Assembly: GCA_029558515.1 (NCBI GenBank) | Contig: JAKQEM010000014.1 | Coordinates: 5,759 to 69,758 of the forward strand | Length of the DNA stretch: 64,000 nucleotides | Reading direction: 5' to 3' | Source: a bacterium | Lineage (GTDB): Bacteria > Patescibacteriota > Gracilibacteria > Peribacterales > Peribacteraceae | In this document: piece after piece, positions 54,451 through 63,052 of the stretch | Position numbering within the stretch: position 1 is the stretch's first letter | How the letters are laid out: each line of letters begins with the position of its first letter | Notes under the pieces: model-generated | The model's database searches: none | What the model was told of the DNA's origin: nothing | The model's input: only the letters and a program-made list of their open reading frames with translations | Program-made: the position numbers and the translations under genes

Positions 54451-56057
54451 CTTCGTATATCCGTCACCATGAGCTGCACGCTCTCCCGCCCGTTCCACGT
54501 ATCGATGCCAAGCCGCACGGCGAGATCGACCGGAGCACGGAGATGATCGAGCAGCGGCCCCAGACCGAAGCCGATGATTTTGACATGTCCCACCGTTGCC
54601 TGCAGATGCGCGCCGGCTTTGCCGCACAGCCGCGGAGCGGTGAGCGTCACGTTTGGTATGAGGAAGAGCGGCTCGGGATTGCCCTGACCGAACGGCTCCA
54701 GTGTGCGCAACGACGCACAGAGATCGCGCGTGAGCACGGCGGGAGACAGTATGCCGTCCATGGTGAGTGCGGGCACCAGTTGATCCGGCGGAATGCGCTC
54801 CGATGCATCCGCCTCCAGCAAGGCAAAGAGTTCCGTCGCGTGCGCGAGCGGAAACGTGGCGCCCGCCGCCTGCGCATGTCCGCCGAAATTCGTGAGCAGA
54901 TGTGCGACGCGCGTGAGCGCTTCGGTGACGTGGTAGCCGGTAGGAGAGCGCAGCGACGCCGTGCACACGTCATCCGCAATGTGCGCGACCAGACTCGGAC
55001 GTCCGTACCGTTCGGACAATTTCCCCGCGATGAGTCCGACGGTTCCCGGCGTGTACGACGCGCTCGCAGCCGTGAGGAAGGGGGGCAGCGATCCCGTTTG
55101 ACGACCTCCCATCTCGCGCAGCGCGTGCGTCACCGCGCGCTCGGTTTCCTCCTGACGACGCGTATTGAGCATATGAAGATGCTCCAGCGCTTCCCCGCCG
55201 ATGAGGAGCGCATCGAGCGCAAGCAGGGGGTCTGCCATTCGTCCCGCTGCGTTGATGCGCGGTGCGATTCGAAAGGCGATATCGCTCGCGGAGAGAGCGG
55301 ACCCGTTGCCGATACTGTCCACGAAGGTACGCAGCGGCCCCGCGGGCAAGCGTCGCACCGCGGAGAGCCCTTCGATCACCAGACGTCGATTGGCACCCAG
55401 GAGCGGCACGACATCCGCGATCGTTCCCATCATCGCCAGCGCAAGATCCGTATCGCGATCCGGCCAGTCCTCCCCCTCCACCGCATGGACAAAAGAAAAG
55501 ACGACGCCTGCGGCCGAGGGATGCGGCTCGGGAAACGCCTGCGCAAACGCCGGATGCACGATCGCAAAGGCATCGGGACGCTCCTCGCAGTGATGATGAT
55601 CGAGGATGATGACATCGATCCCTTTTGCCCGCGCCGATTCCAACGCATCAAACGCGACGATGCCCGTATCGACGGTGACGATGAGCGTCACGCTCCGTGC
55701 GGCGAACTCGTCGATGTGCGAAGGTTTGAGACCGTACCCGTCGTGCACGCGGTGCGGCAGACGAACGACCGGTTCCACTCCGTGACGACGGAAGAGCCGG
55801 AGCATCTGCGCGGTCGAAGTGATGCCATCGCAGTCGTAATCGCCGAAGATGCCGACCGTCTCCCCTCGCGCGCAGGCGGCACGCACCCGCTCCGCCGCCT
55901 TTCGCGCATCGGGATAGCGCAACGGATCGTACCAAGATGTGCCGTCGTCCTCGGTGATGCCGCGCCTCCGACGCAGTTGCTCGACAACGGAGCCGGCGTC
56001 ATCCGCCGCCGCATCGAGCACCCAACGCTTGCCGGTGAAGGAGAGGAATGGTTCCAC
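54435..56057 (-). CDS. recJ: single-stranded-DNA-specific exonuclease RecJ
   Basis: DHH motifs are present: VGIFGDYDCDGITS, HRVHDGYGL, IVTVDTGI and IILDHHH, followed by DHHA1 (GGHAQAAG). GTG start. Confidence 0.92.
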   Translation of the reverse strand: MEPFLSFTGKRWVLDAAADDAGSVVEQLRRRRGITEDDGTSWYDPLRYPDARKAAERVRAACARGETVGIFGDYDCDGITSTAQMLRLFRRHGVEPVVRLPHRVHDGYGLKPSHIDEFAARSVTLIVTVDTGIVAFDALESARAKGIDVIILDHHHCEERPDAFAIVHPAFAQAFPEPHPSAAGVVFSFVHAVEGEDWPDRDTDLALAMMGTIADVVPLLGANRRLVIEGLSAVRRLPAGPLRTFVDSIGNGSALSASDIAFRIAPRINAAGRMADPLLALDALLIGGEALEHLHMLNTRRQEETERAVTHALREMGGRQTGSLPPFLTAASASYTPGTVGLIAGKLSERYGRPSLVAHIADDVCTASLRSPTGYHVTEALTRVAHLLTNFGGHAQAAGATFPLAHATELFALLEADASERIPPDQLVPALTMDGILSPAVLTRDLCASLRTLEPFGQGNPEPLFLIPNVTLTAPRLCGKAGAHLQATVGHVKIIGFGLGPLLDHLRAPVDLAVRLGIDTWNGRESVQLMVTDIRSSIEY

Positions 56058-56184
56058 GATGCCAGTATGCGGTCAGAAGCCACATACCTCAATATTGCTC
56101 TACGCAAAGAAAAACGAACAACGAAATAACCCGTCTCCGCCTAGGGCTCCGCCGAGGCAGGCGAATCAACTAAATTACGTCGTT

Positions 56185-56775
56185 TCACCGTTTCTCCATC
56201 TTCCGTGCCCTTCGCAAGATCCATCCGACCGTTCCAATCAATAAAAGAACGGCACCCGCCGTCGCCGGTCCGGTATCGCTCATGAGGGGTGCGCCGCCGT
56301 GGAGCGATTGCGTCTGGGAGATCCACTGGAGCTGCGCCTGCAGACGATCCTGCTCCTGCTGTGCTTTGATACGTTCCAGGATACGTGCATCGCGCAGGTC
56401 GGTCGTACCATCCTCTTCCTCCATCGCTTTGATGGCGGAAAGCAGTTTCTCCAGATCCGTCTGCTCCTCGGCGGCGGCGTGCGTCTGCTCGTCCTCTTCG
56501 TCCTCCTGCGCAACCGTCGTCTCCGGCAGTCCGTTCCCGATGATCTTCTGCCTTTCCGCCTCCCGCGCAGCCGCGATCTCGGCGGCTTGCTCCGCAGCCA
56601 CGCGTTCATAGTCGCGCGGGGACGTGGGTGGCGGATCCAAGAAACGCGTCGAGAAATCTCCGTCATCCAGCATCTCCTCCGGCGAGACGTACGCAGCGGC
56701 GGCCATCGGAGTCAGCAGACCCGAGAGGAGAAGGCTCAGAGAGAGAAGGAGTCGGTACATCATAGTATTATACAT
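56185..56775 (-). CDS. secreted acidic coiled-coil protein with C-terminal hydrophobic anchor and basic tail
   Basis: Signal peptide MMYRLLLSLSLLLSGLLTPMAAAA. The C-terminus is ...PLMSDTGPATAGAVLLLIGTVGWILRRARKMEKR. The probable true start is 56763/56760, just downstream of a TATAAT box. Confidence 0.55.
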   Translation of the reverse strand: MYNTMMYRLLLSLSLLLSGLLTPMAAAAYVSPEEMLDDGDFSTRFLDPPPTSPRDYERVAAEQAAEIAAAREAERQKIIGNGLPETTVAQEDEEDEQTHAAAEEQTDLEKLLSAIKAMEEEDGTTDLRDARILERIKAQQEQDRLQAQLQWISQTQSLHGGAPLMSDTGPATAGAVLLLIGTVGWILRRARKMEKR

Positions 56776-56797
56776 ATTTGTACATGAAAGTGCAAGA

Positions 56798-57805
56798 TCA
56801 GGGACACTGCTGGGAATTCTTCCCCGTCGCCAGGCACTGGAGCACCTTCAGCTTGTCACCAACGCCATCGGTGCCGCTCGCCCAGAGCAGAGGGTCGGTT
56901 TCGCCGCTGTCGACGATGCCATTGAGATTCTTGTCTTCGCCCATAAAGATCCACTGATTCTGGACCTGCACGCGGCAGAACCCGTCACAGAGTTCATCAC
57001 GATCGGAATCTATCTTGCGCGGGTCGGTCTCGTCCTTGTCCACCCGCCCGTTCCAGTTGCTATCCTCGATGCCGTCCAGGACATTGTCACTGTCAGAGTC
57101 CCTGAGCAGCGGATCGGTGCCCGTGAAATACTCCACGCCGTCACTGATGCCGTCTTGGTCGGTATCGGCCATTGTCGCATCGGTGCCGATTTCCCGTTCA
57201 AGTTTTGCATTGAGGCGGTCGGCATCATGATCCATACCGATGGCGAGCGACTCCTCCGCCATCACGTAACAGAGCGTACGGGGGCGGAAGATCTCCAATT
57301 GATGACGAATGACGGGTCGTTGCGGATTATTTTTATTCTCGATGGCGCTGTCCGTCGGCGGCGTGAAGGGGTTGAAAACCGGCGCGCGCTTCTTCGCCTC
57401 CGCGTCACGAACCGCGCGTTCCTTCTCCGACAGGAACAGCAATCCTTGGAATCCCACCCGACGATCTACGCTCTGCGGATCATAGTTCTGCGGGAAACAG
57501 TACCCCCAGTATCGTGTGCTCGCGCCCTTGTGACCCAGGAGCGTTTCACGCGGGATCGACTCAAACGTATCGGGGAGATGGAAAACGACGTGCGTACTCG
57601 CCGGGATGATTGCGCCGCTCTCCACCTCCGCGGGGGAGAGAGACTTCCAGGGCAGTTCCTCCTGCTGAGGCTTTAACAGCCGCGCCTGGACCGAGGACCC
57701 CTGCTGCACAAAAGGAAGGACAGTCGCACCCGCGAGCGCCAGACCGACCGTCAGGGTGGACCAGGCGAAGACGCGCCGCAGACGATGAAGGGGTGTCGAT
57801 GCCAT
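56798..57805 (-). CDS. secreted protein with thrombospondin type-3-like Ca-binding repeats
   Basis: A signal anchor is followed by DTDQDGISDGVEY.TGTDPLLRDSDSDNVLDGIEDSNWNGRVDKDETDPRKIDSDRDELCDG...DKNLNGIVDSGETDP, which are D-x-D-x-D-G-type repeats. Confidence 0.65.
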   Translation of the reverse strand: MASTPLHRLRRVFAWSTLTVGLALAGATVLPFVQQGSSVQARLLKPQQEELPWKSLSPAEVESGAIIPASTHVVFHLPDTFESIPRETLLGHKGASTRYWGYCFPQNYDPQSVDRRVGFQGLLFLSEKERAVRDAEAKKRAPVFNPFTPPTDSAIENKNNPQRPVIRHQLEIFRPRTLCYVMAEESLAIGMDHDADRLNAKLEREIGTDATMADTDQDGISDGVEYFTGTDPLLRDSDSDNVLDGIEDSNWNGRVDKDETDPRKIDSDRDELCDGFCRVQVQNQWIFMGEDKNLNGIVDSGETDPLLWASGTDGVGDKLKVLQCLATGKNSQQCP

Positions 57806-57839
57806 CGGGATATGATAGCATAGAATGGCACCAGATACC

Positions 57840-58913
57840 ATGGCGAAGGACCCCTATGCCACTCTCGGCATTGCCCGTGATGCCTCCCCGGAGGACATCA
57901 AACGCGCGTATCGGAAACTCAGCAAAGAATGGCATCCAGACAAGCATAAGGGCGACAAAGCGGCGGAGGACCGGTTTAAGGAGATCAACGAAGCCTATGA
58001 AGTGGTGGGAAACGCCGAAAGACGCGCCCAGTACGATCGCTTCGGGACGACGGGAAACGGCAACGGCGCGCAGGGGGGATTTGGCGGATTTGATTTCGGG
58101 GGGTTTGATTTCGGGCAGGCCTCCGACCTCGGGGATCTGTTCGAGGGATTCTTCGGCGGCGGGCGCAGGAGGTCGGCTTCCGAAGAGGGCGCGAGCCGGC
58201 AGGTCCGTCTGGAGATCGATCTCCAAGACGCACTGCACGGCGCACGCAAGACCATCCGCCTCCGGCGCATGGTCGGCTGCTTAGTCTGCGGAGGCAGCGG
58301 CGCGGAACCGGGTGCATCGCTCATATCCTGCGCGACCTGCGGCGGCACGGGCCAGGTGACGCATCAGGTGCAATCCTTCTTCGGACGCATCGAGCAACGC
58401 ACGGTTTGCCCGACCTGCGAGGGACGCGGCCGGGTGCCGGAGAAGCCCTGCAAAGAGTGCCGGGGCGAAGGACGCAGGCAGGAATCCTCGGACATTTCCT
58501 TCGATATTCCAACGGGCATCGAAGACGGCCAGACCATGCGCCTTTCCGGCCAAGGAGATGCGGGCCAGCGGGGGTCTGCGTCCGGCGATGTACTCGTCAC
58601 CATCCGCGTCCGCGGCGATCCACGCTTCCGACGTGAAGGCGCGGACATCCACGGCGCCGCCACCGCTTCCGTCCTGGATGCGCTCCTGGGGGGAACTCTC
58701 ACGATTGAAACCGTGCAGGGCCCCGCGACGTTGCAGATTCCCGAAGGCATGCAACCGGGACAAATCTTCCGCCTGCGCGGCAAGGGCATGCCCGTGCTGA
58801 ACACGTCTCGCTTCGGCGATCACTTCGTGACGGTCACCGTGGAGATCCCCAAGAAACTCAGCAGAGCGGAGAAGAAGGTGCTGGAGGAGTGGAGGGCGTT
58901 AAAGAATGAGTAA
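57840..58913 (+). CDS. dnaJ: molecular chaperone DnaJ
   Basis: J domain (DPYATLGIARDASPEDIKRAYRKLSKEWHPDK), a G/F region and four CxxCxGxG zinc-finger repeats. Confidence 0.95.
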   Translation: MAKDPYATLGIARDASPEDIKRAYRKLSKEWHPDKHKGDKAAEDRFKEINEAYEVVGNAERRAQYDRFGTTGNGNGAQGGFGGFDFGGFDFGQASDLGDLFEGFFGGGRRRSASEEGASRQVRLEIDLQDALHGARKTIRLRRMVGCLVCGGSGAEPGASLISCATCGGTGQVTHQVQSFFGRIEQRTVCPTCEGRGRVPEKPCKECRGEGRRQESSDISFDIPTGIEDGQTMRLSGQGDAGQRGSASGDVLVTIRVRGDPRFRREGADIHGAATASVLDALLGGTLTIETVQGPATLQIPEGMQPGQIFRLRGKGMPVLNTSRFGDHFVTVTVEIPKKLSRAEKKVLEEWRALKNE

Positions 58914-58989
58914 TGATTGCACAAAAATAACATCACTGTTGAGTTCAGGAGGAGTGTGAGTACTTTGATTCCTCAATCATTTTGAAAAC

Positions 58990-59447
58990 CTATTCTCTCA
59001 GCGTAGCAATCAATCTCTGTTCATCGATAAACAAGTCCAATGCATCATTCACATTCGGTACGATTATGTCTGCGGCAAGAAAGGTTTTTGCGTGCACCCC
59101 TTCACCCTGCAAGACTACGATGCCGATCTTCACGCGCTGAATGAGCTGTAAATCGATCAGTCCATTTCCTATGACAGCACAGGTATCCGCTTGAAGTTTT
59201 TCCGCTTCTCTCGCTTTGTCCTGCCCCGTCGCAGTGTGCACAAAAGCGATTCCCAATGTATTGGCGATTTGCGCAGCATCGCCTCGCGTGTCTCCCGAGA
59301 AAAGCACTATGCGAAATTTTTGCTCAGTTTCTGAATGCGTGATGCCACTCCGGATACAGGCTTGCCACCAACGCACAAAGTCCCGTTCAGATCGAGGATG
59401 ATCGTCTCAATCGTCAAAAGGCCGTTGCCGGGGATATCAATTTTCAT
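58990..59447 (-). pseudogene. COG4087-type soluble P-type-ATPase-like HAD protein, split by a 1-nt frameshift
   Basis: Hand translation from ATG 59447 gives MKIDIPGNGLLTIETIILDLNGTLCVGGKPVSGVASRIQKLSKNFA*, with the stop at 59307. The rest (..FRIVLFSGDTRGDAA....AVIGNGLIDLQLIQRVKIGIVVLQGEGVHAKTFLAADIIVPNVNDALDLFIDEQRLIATLRE) continues in another frame (58990..59376). The shift lies in 59307-59376, which includes an A5/T5 run. Confidence 0.6.
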
Positions 59448-59496
59448 AGGAACGGGAAAAAGACACTATAAACCTCTTCTTCTGTCTTGCGATAGG

Positions 59497-60507
59497 TCAG
59501 AACTTATCCGGCACATGCCAATTCACAGGATGAGCAGTTTTTTCGATTTGATCCGCCACATCCAGCACTAAAGCAAAGATCGCCATCCTTACAGGGATAC
59601 CGTTATCGGTCTGGTTAAACATCGCCAGACGCGGATCGCCATCCAAATCATGGTCCAGCTCGTTTGATGCCTCTCTGCTATCCCTCGGCATCGGATGAAG
59701 GAGCATTACATCGGGCTTGGCAATGGAATCCAATGTTTTCCTGTCGATTCTCAATTTTCCACGATATCTCTGAAACTCGGCGGGATCATCAAATCGTTCC
59801 TCCTGCATGCGGGTGAGGTAGATGACGTCCGCATCGGAGATGGCATCAATGGAATTGTGGAAGGTCATCGTGTGTTTTCTGCCTGTCGATCCAACGCTTT
59901 CTTGCACGTTCGCAGGCATCTGAAGACCGTTCGGCGCGATGAATTTGAAATTGATCCCCTCATACATTTTTGAAAGTAGACGCACGAATGAATGGATGAC
60001 TCTCGCAAATTTTAGATCACCCGCAATCGCTATGGTTTTCCCATTCGGCTCGCCGATTCTTGCCTCGATAGTATAGACATCAAGCAACGCCTGCGTCGGG
60101 TGTTCTCCGATACCGTCACCACCGTTGATGACCGGAACACCCACGGCATCAGCCACTTCCTTCGCCGCTCCGGTTTGAGGATGTCGTACTGTGATGACAT
60201 CTGCATAGCCACCAACGACTCGCGCAGTGTCACGCAAACTCTCACCTTTGACCAATGACGTCGTTTCAACTCCACTGGTATCCCGAACAGATCCTCCCAA
60301 GCGATTGAAAGCTGTTCCAAAACTGATACGTGTTCTTGTGCTCGGCTCAAAAAACAAATTGGCCAACACTGCTCCTTCTAAAACGCGGGTGACCCTTTGT
60401 CGGAATGCAAAAGGCTCGATCACCTTTGACAAATCAAATATGGCCCTTGCATCGGAAGCAGCCAAAGTCTCAATACTGATGATGTCCTTTCCTTCCAGAG
60501 GATTCAT
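59497..60507 (-). CDS. pyrB: aspartate carbamoyltransferase catalytic subunit-like
   Basis: FFEPSTRTRISF, VRHP, INGGDGIGEHPTQALLD and LHPMPR (ATCase-type HPxPR). No pyrI or other pyr genes nearby. Lower GC. Confidence 0.85.
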   Translation of the reverse strand: MNPLEGKDIISIETLAASDARAIFDLSKVIEPFAFRQRVTRVLEGAVLANLFFEPSTRTRISFGTAFNRLGGSVRDTSGVETTSLVKGESLRDTARVVGGYADVITVRHPQTGAAKEVADAVGVPVINGGDGIGEHPTQALLDVYTIEARIGEPNGKTIAIAGDLKFARVIHSFVRLLSKMYEGINFKFIAPNGLQMPANVQESVGSTGRKHTMTFHNSIDAISDADVIYLTRMQEERFDDPAEFQRYRGKLRIDRKTLDSIAKPDVMLLHPMPRDSREASNELDHDLDGDPRLAMFNQTDNGIPVRMAIFALVLDVADQIEKTAHPVNWHVPDKF

Positions 60508-60638
60508 AGAGAACTATTGAAAAAGAGATTGTTAGTATATATGAATACATGATTAAGTCCAGTATGGATTCAACATGAAATTCGGGGCGATGCACTGCCT
60601 CTTTCTGATAGCACCCCTCTCTGATACCCTGCGGAGTG

Positions 60639-61262
60639 ATGATAAAAACAGTCTTTTTTGATTTTGACGGGGTTCTCACCACGGATGGCTCGGGCTCGTT
60701 TACGACCTGCACGAATATCCAAAAACTCATCCCCGATGTTACATTTGATCATATTCTCAGGTGTTACAAGGTATATCACCCAAAAATGCTCTTAGGGCAG
60801 ATGACCCACGCAGCCATCTGGAAAGAATTTTGCAACTGCATCGGTAAAGACAACTATCTTGATAGTACGGTTCTTCATGAGGCTTTTAGAAATACTCCGA
60901 TGAATACAAAGATGATGGATCTGGCAAAAAAACTAAAGAAGCACTACAAGCTGGGGATCATTACGGACAACAGTAAAGAGCGATTTGATGTATTACAATC
61001 GAAAATGAAGCTGTCTGATGTATTTGAAATTATTGTTGTCTCCGGTGAAACTGGAATACGAAAAGACAGTGATGAAACTTTTGAGAGAGCGCTTTCACTT
61101 GCAGATTGCAAACCCGAGGAATGCGTTTTTATCGATAACAACGAGGATAATCTTATCGCTCCTCGAAAATTGGGATGGAACACGATTCTTCATGATCATA
61201 GGAAAAATGATGTCGATCTTGTGATTGGTGCATTAAAGAAATTGGGAGTCTTAATTACATGA
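60639..61262 (+). CDS. HAD-superfamily hydrolase, subfamily IA
   Basis: VFFDFDGVL (motif I), GIITDNS (motif II) and FIDNNEDN (motif IV). Confidence 0.8.
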   Translation: MIKTVFFDFDGVLTTDGSGSFTTCTNIQKLIPDVTFDHILRCYKVYHPKMLLGQMTHAAIWKEFCNCIGKDNYLDSTVLHEAFRNTPMNTKMMDLAKKLKKHYKLGIITDNSKERFDVLQSKMKLSDVFEIIVVSGETGIRKDSDETFERALSLADCKPEECVFIDNNEDNLIAPRKLGWNTILHDHRKNDVDLVIGALKKLGVLIT

Positions 61263-61273
61263 GTATTGCTGCA

Positions 61274-63034
61274 TTACGTTTGTCTCCAATGAGACGATGA
61301 CTGGCGCATCCATAATTCCAACGTAACCAGAGCCCAGATCACCCTTCCGTGGCTTTGCTGCTTGCTGTCATTTTCCTGAATGAAATGGGCAAGGACATCG
61401 GGCTTGATCCATTTGCGAGTGAGTGCATTATCATCGAGCAACATATCAGAAGCCCAGACTGCACCTTCACCGGAAGTCCATTGGTCCACGAGACTGGGGA
61501 AGTGCACTTTCTCGCGATAGAGTATTTCATCTGGCAAAAATGGCTTTGCGACGGCCTGTAAAAATTGCTTTCCTGAAGAGCCGACGATTCCGGCATGAGG
61601 AATTTGCAGGGCGATCTCCACGATGCGTCGATCGAGGAAGGGCACTCTCGCTTCGACGCCATGCGCCATCGTCATGCGGTCGAGTCTGTTGCAATGATAC
61701 TCGGTCAGTCGGTCGAAGCGCTCGAACTGGAGAGCCTGATCTACACTTGTAAACGGTTCCACCGGTTCACCAACGTAGTCGATCATGGGTCGGAGTTTGG
61801 ATTTTGCTTCGTCGGTATAGAGTTCATCCGCTTCTTGAGGAGACAGCGTCCACAGACGCGGTGGGTATTCCATAGTCGGATTTGCACCTTTTTCAAACCA
61901 AGGCTTATGCCTGCTGTAGCCGATGAAAAATTCGTCAGAACCGTCTCCGGTAAGCACTGATTTAATTCCAAGTTCTTGTGCCCGCTTCGCCAGAAGATAC
62001 GTTCCAATGTGAATGGGATTCTCCAGGGGGTCATCCATGAAGACCACGGCTTCTTCCAAGGTTTTTCTTGCGTTTTCGTCCGACACGTCCACCCATTCAA
62101 AAGAAGTACCGAGGTGTTTCTCAAGCAATGCAGCGTATGGTTCATCTTCAACCGAATTCGGTAAGAATCTGAGTGATATCGGTTGCTGGTACGTCGACTC
62201 ATTCTGCAACCCGATGGCCGTTATCAAAGATGAATCTAAGCCGCCTGATACGAAGTATCCTCCCTTCACATCGGCTTTTGTGTTCTCCTGTACGACGCGC
62301 AGCAGCAGTCCCCGGAATTCTTCGACTCTTTTCTCTTCGTTAACTTCGGAAGTTTTGGCATTGGGCCGGAGCTTCCAGTATTGCCGATGTGATTCCTGAT
62401 GCCCCTGAAACACAACCCTCTCGCCTGGAAGTACGCGATGGATATTTGGAAACACAGTCGATCTTCCGGGATGGAATCGATACTTTAAGCAATCATCGAT
62501 CGCAGAAAAATCAGCCTCTTGAATAGGATCCACAACGGCATGTACTGCTTTTGCTTCGGATGAGAAAACAACACGCCCATCCGAATGGGAGTAGTAAAGT
62601 GGTTTGATCCCGAGAGGATCGCGCCACAGTTGCAGCGTGTTATTCAAACGATCATAAATTGCAATTGCAAACATTCCCGCCAGCTTCTCAACAAAATTTT
62701 CTCCGTATTGTTCAAAAAGGGGCAAGATCACGGCGCTGTCACCCAGATCGATGCCGGGCGCATTGTTCAAACCCTTCCTCAGATCAATATGGTTTACGAT
62801 TTCTCCGTTGAAGACTGCGAAACGTGTACGATCCCTCGTCGACTGCACCGTAGAGCGAATTTCAGGAGCAACTATCGCCAATCTATTCATACCGAATGCC
62901 GCTTTCTCGAAGACCACAGCCTCCGAGTCGTCGGGTCCACGATGCTTGATGATTTGCTGCATCAGACTGATCTTCAGGGGAAGATCTTCGCTGTTCCTGC
63001 CATTGAAGTCGACGATTCCGTTCATGCCGCACAT
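61274..63034 (-). CDS. asnB: asparagine synthase (glutamine-hydrolysing) family amidotransferase
   Basis: N-terminal MCG nucleophile, an Ntn-amidotransferase domain, and the SGGLDSS PP-loop. Confidence 0.9.
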   Translation of the reverse strand: MCGMNGIVDFNGRNSEDLPLKISLMQQIIKHRGPDDSEAVVFEKAAFGMNRLAIVAPEIRSTVQSTRDRTRFAVFNGEIVNHIDLRKGLNNAPGIDLGDSAVILPLFEQYGENFVEKLAGMFAIAIYDRLNNTLQLWRDPLGIKPLYYSHSDGRVVFSSEAKAVHAVVDPIQEADFSAIDDCLKYRFHPGRSTVFPNIHRVLPGERVVFQGHQESHRQYWKLRPNAKTSEVNEEKRVEEFRGLLLRVVQENTKADVKGGYFVSGGLDSSLITAIGLQNESTYQQPISLRFLPNSVEDEPYAALLEKHLGTSFEWVDVSDENARKTLEEAVVFMDDPLENPIHIGTYLLAKRAQELGIKSVLTGDGSDEFFIGYSRHKPWFEKGANPTMEYPPRLWTLSPQEADELYTDEAKSKLRPMIDYVGEPVEPFTSVDQALQFERFDRLTEYHCNRLDRMTMAHGVEARVPFLDRRIVEIALQIPHAGIVGSSGKQFLQAVAKPFLPDEILYREKVHFPSLVDQWTSGEGAVWASDMLLDDNALTRKWIKPDVLAHFIQENDSKQQSHGRVIWALVTLELWMRQSSSHWRQT

Positions 63035-63052
63035 ACAGCAAAGAGAAGAAAA

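Noticed and set aside
57825-57839. Upstream ATG (57825) as the dnaJ start.
   Set aside because: The TAGAAT -10 box overlaps this ATG, and DnaJ proteins normally begin MAK(D/E).Y, so ATG 57840 is preferred.
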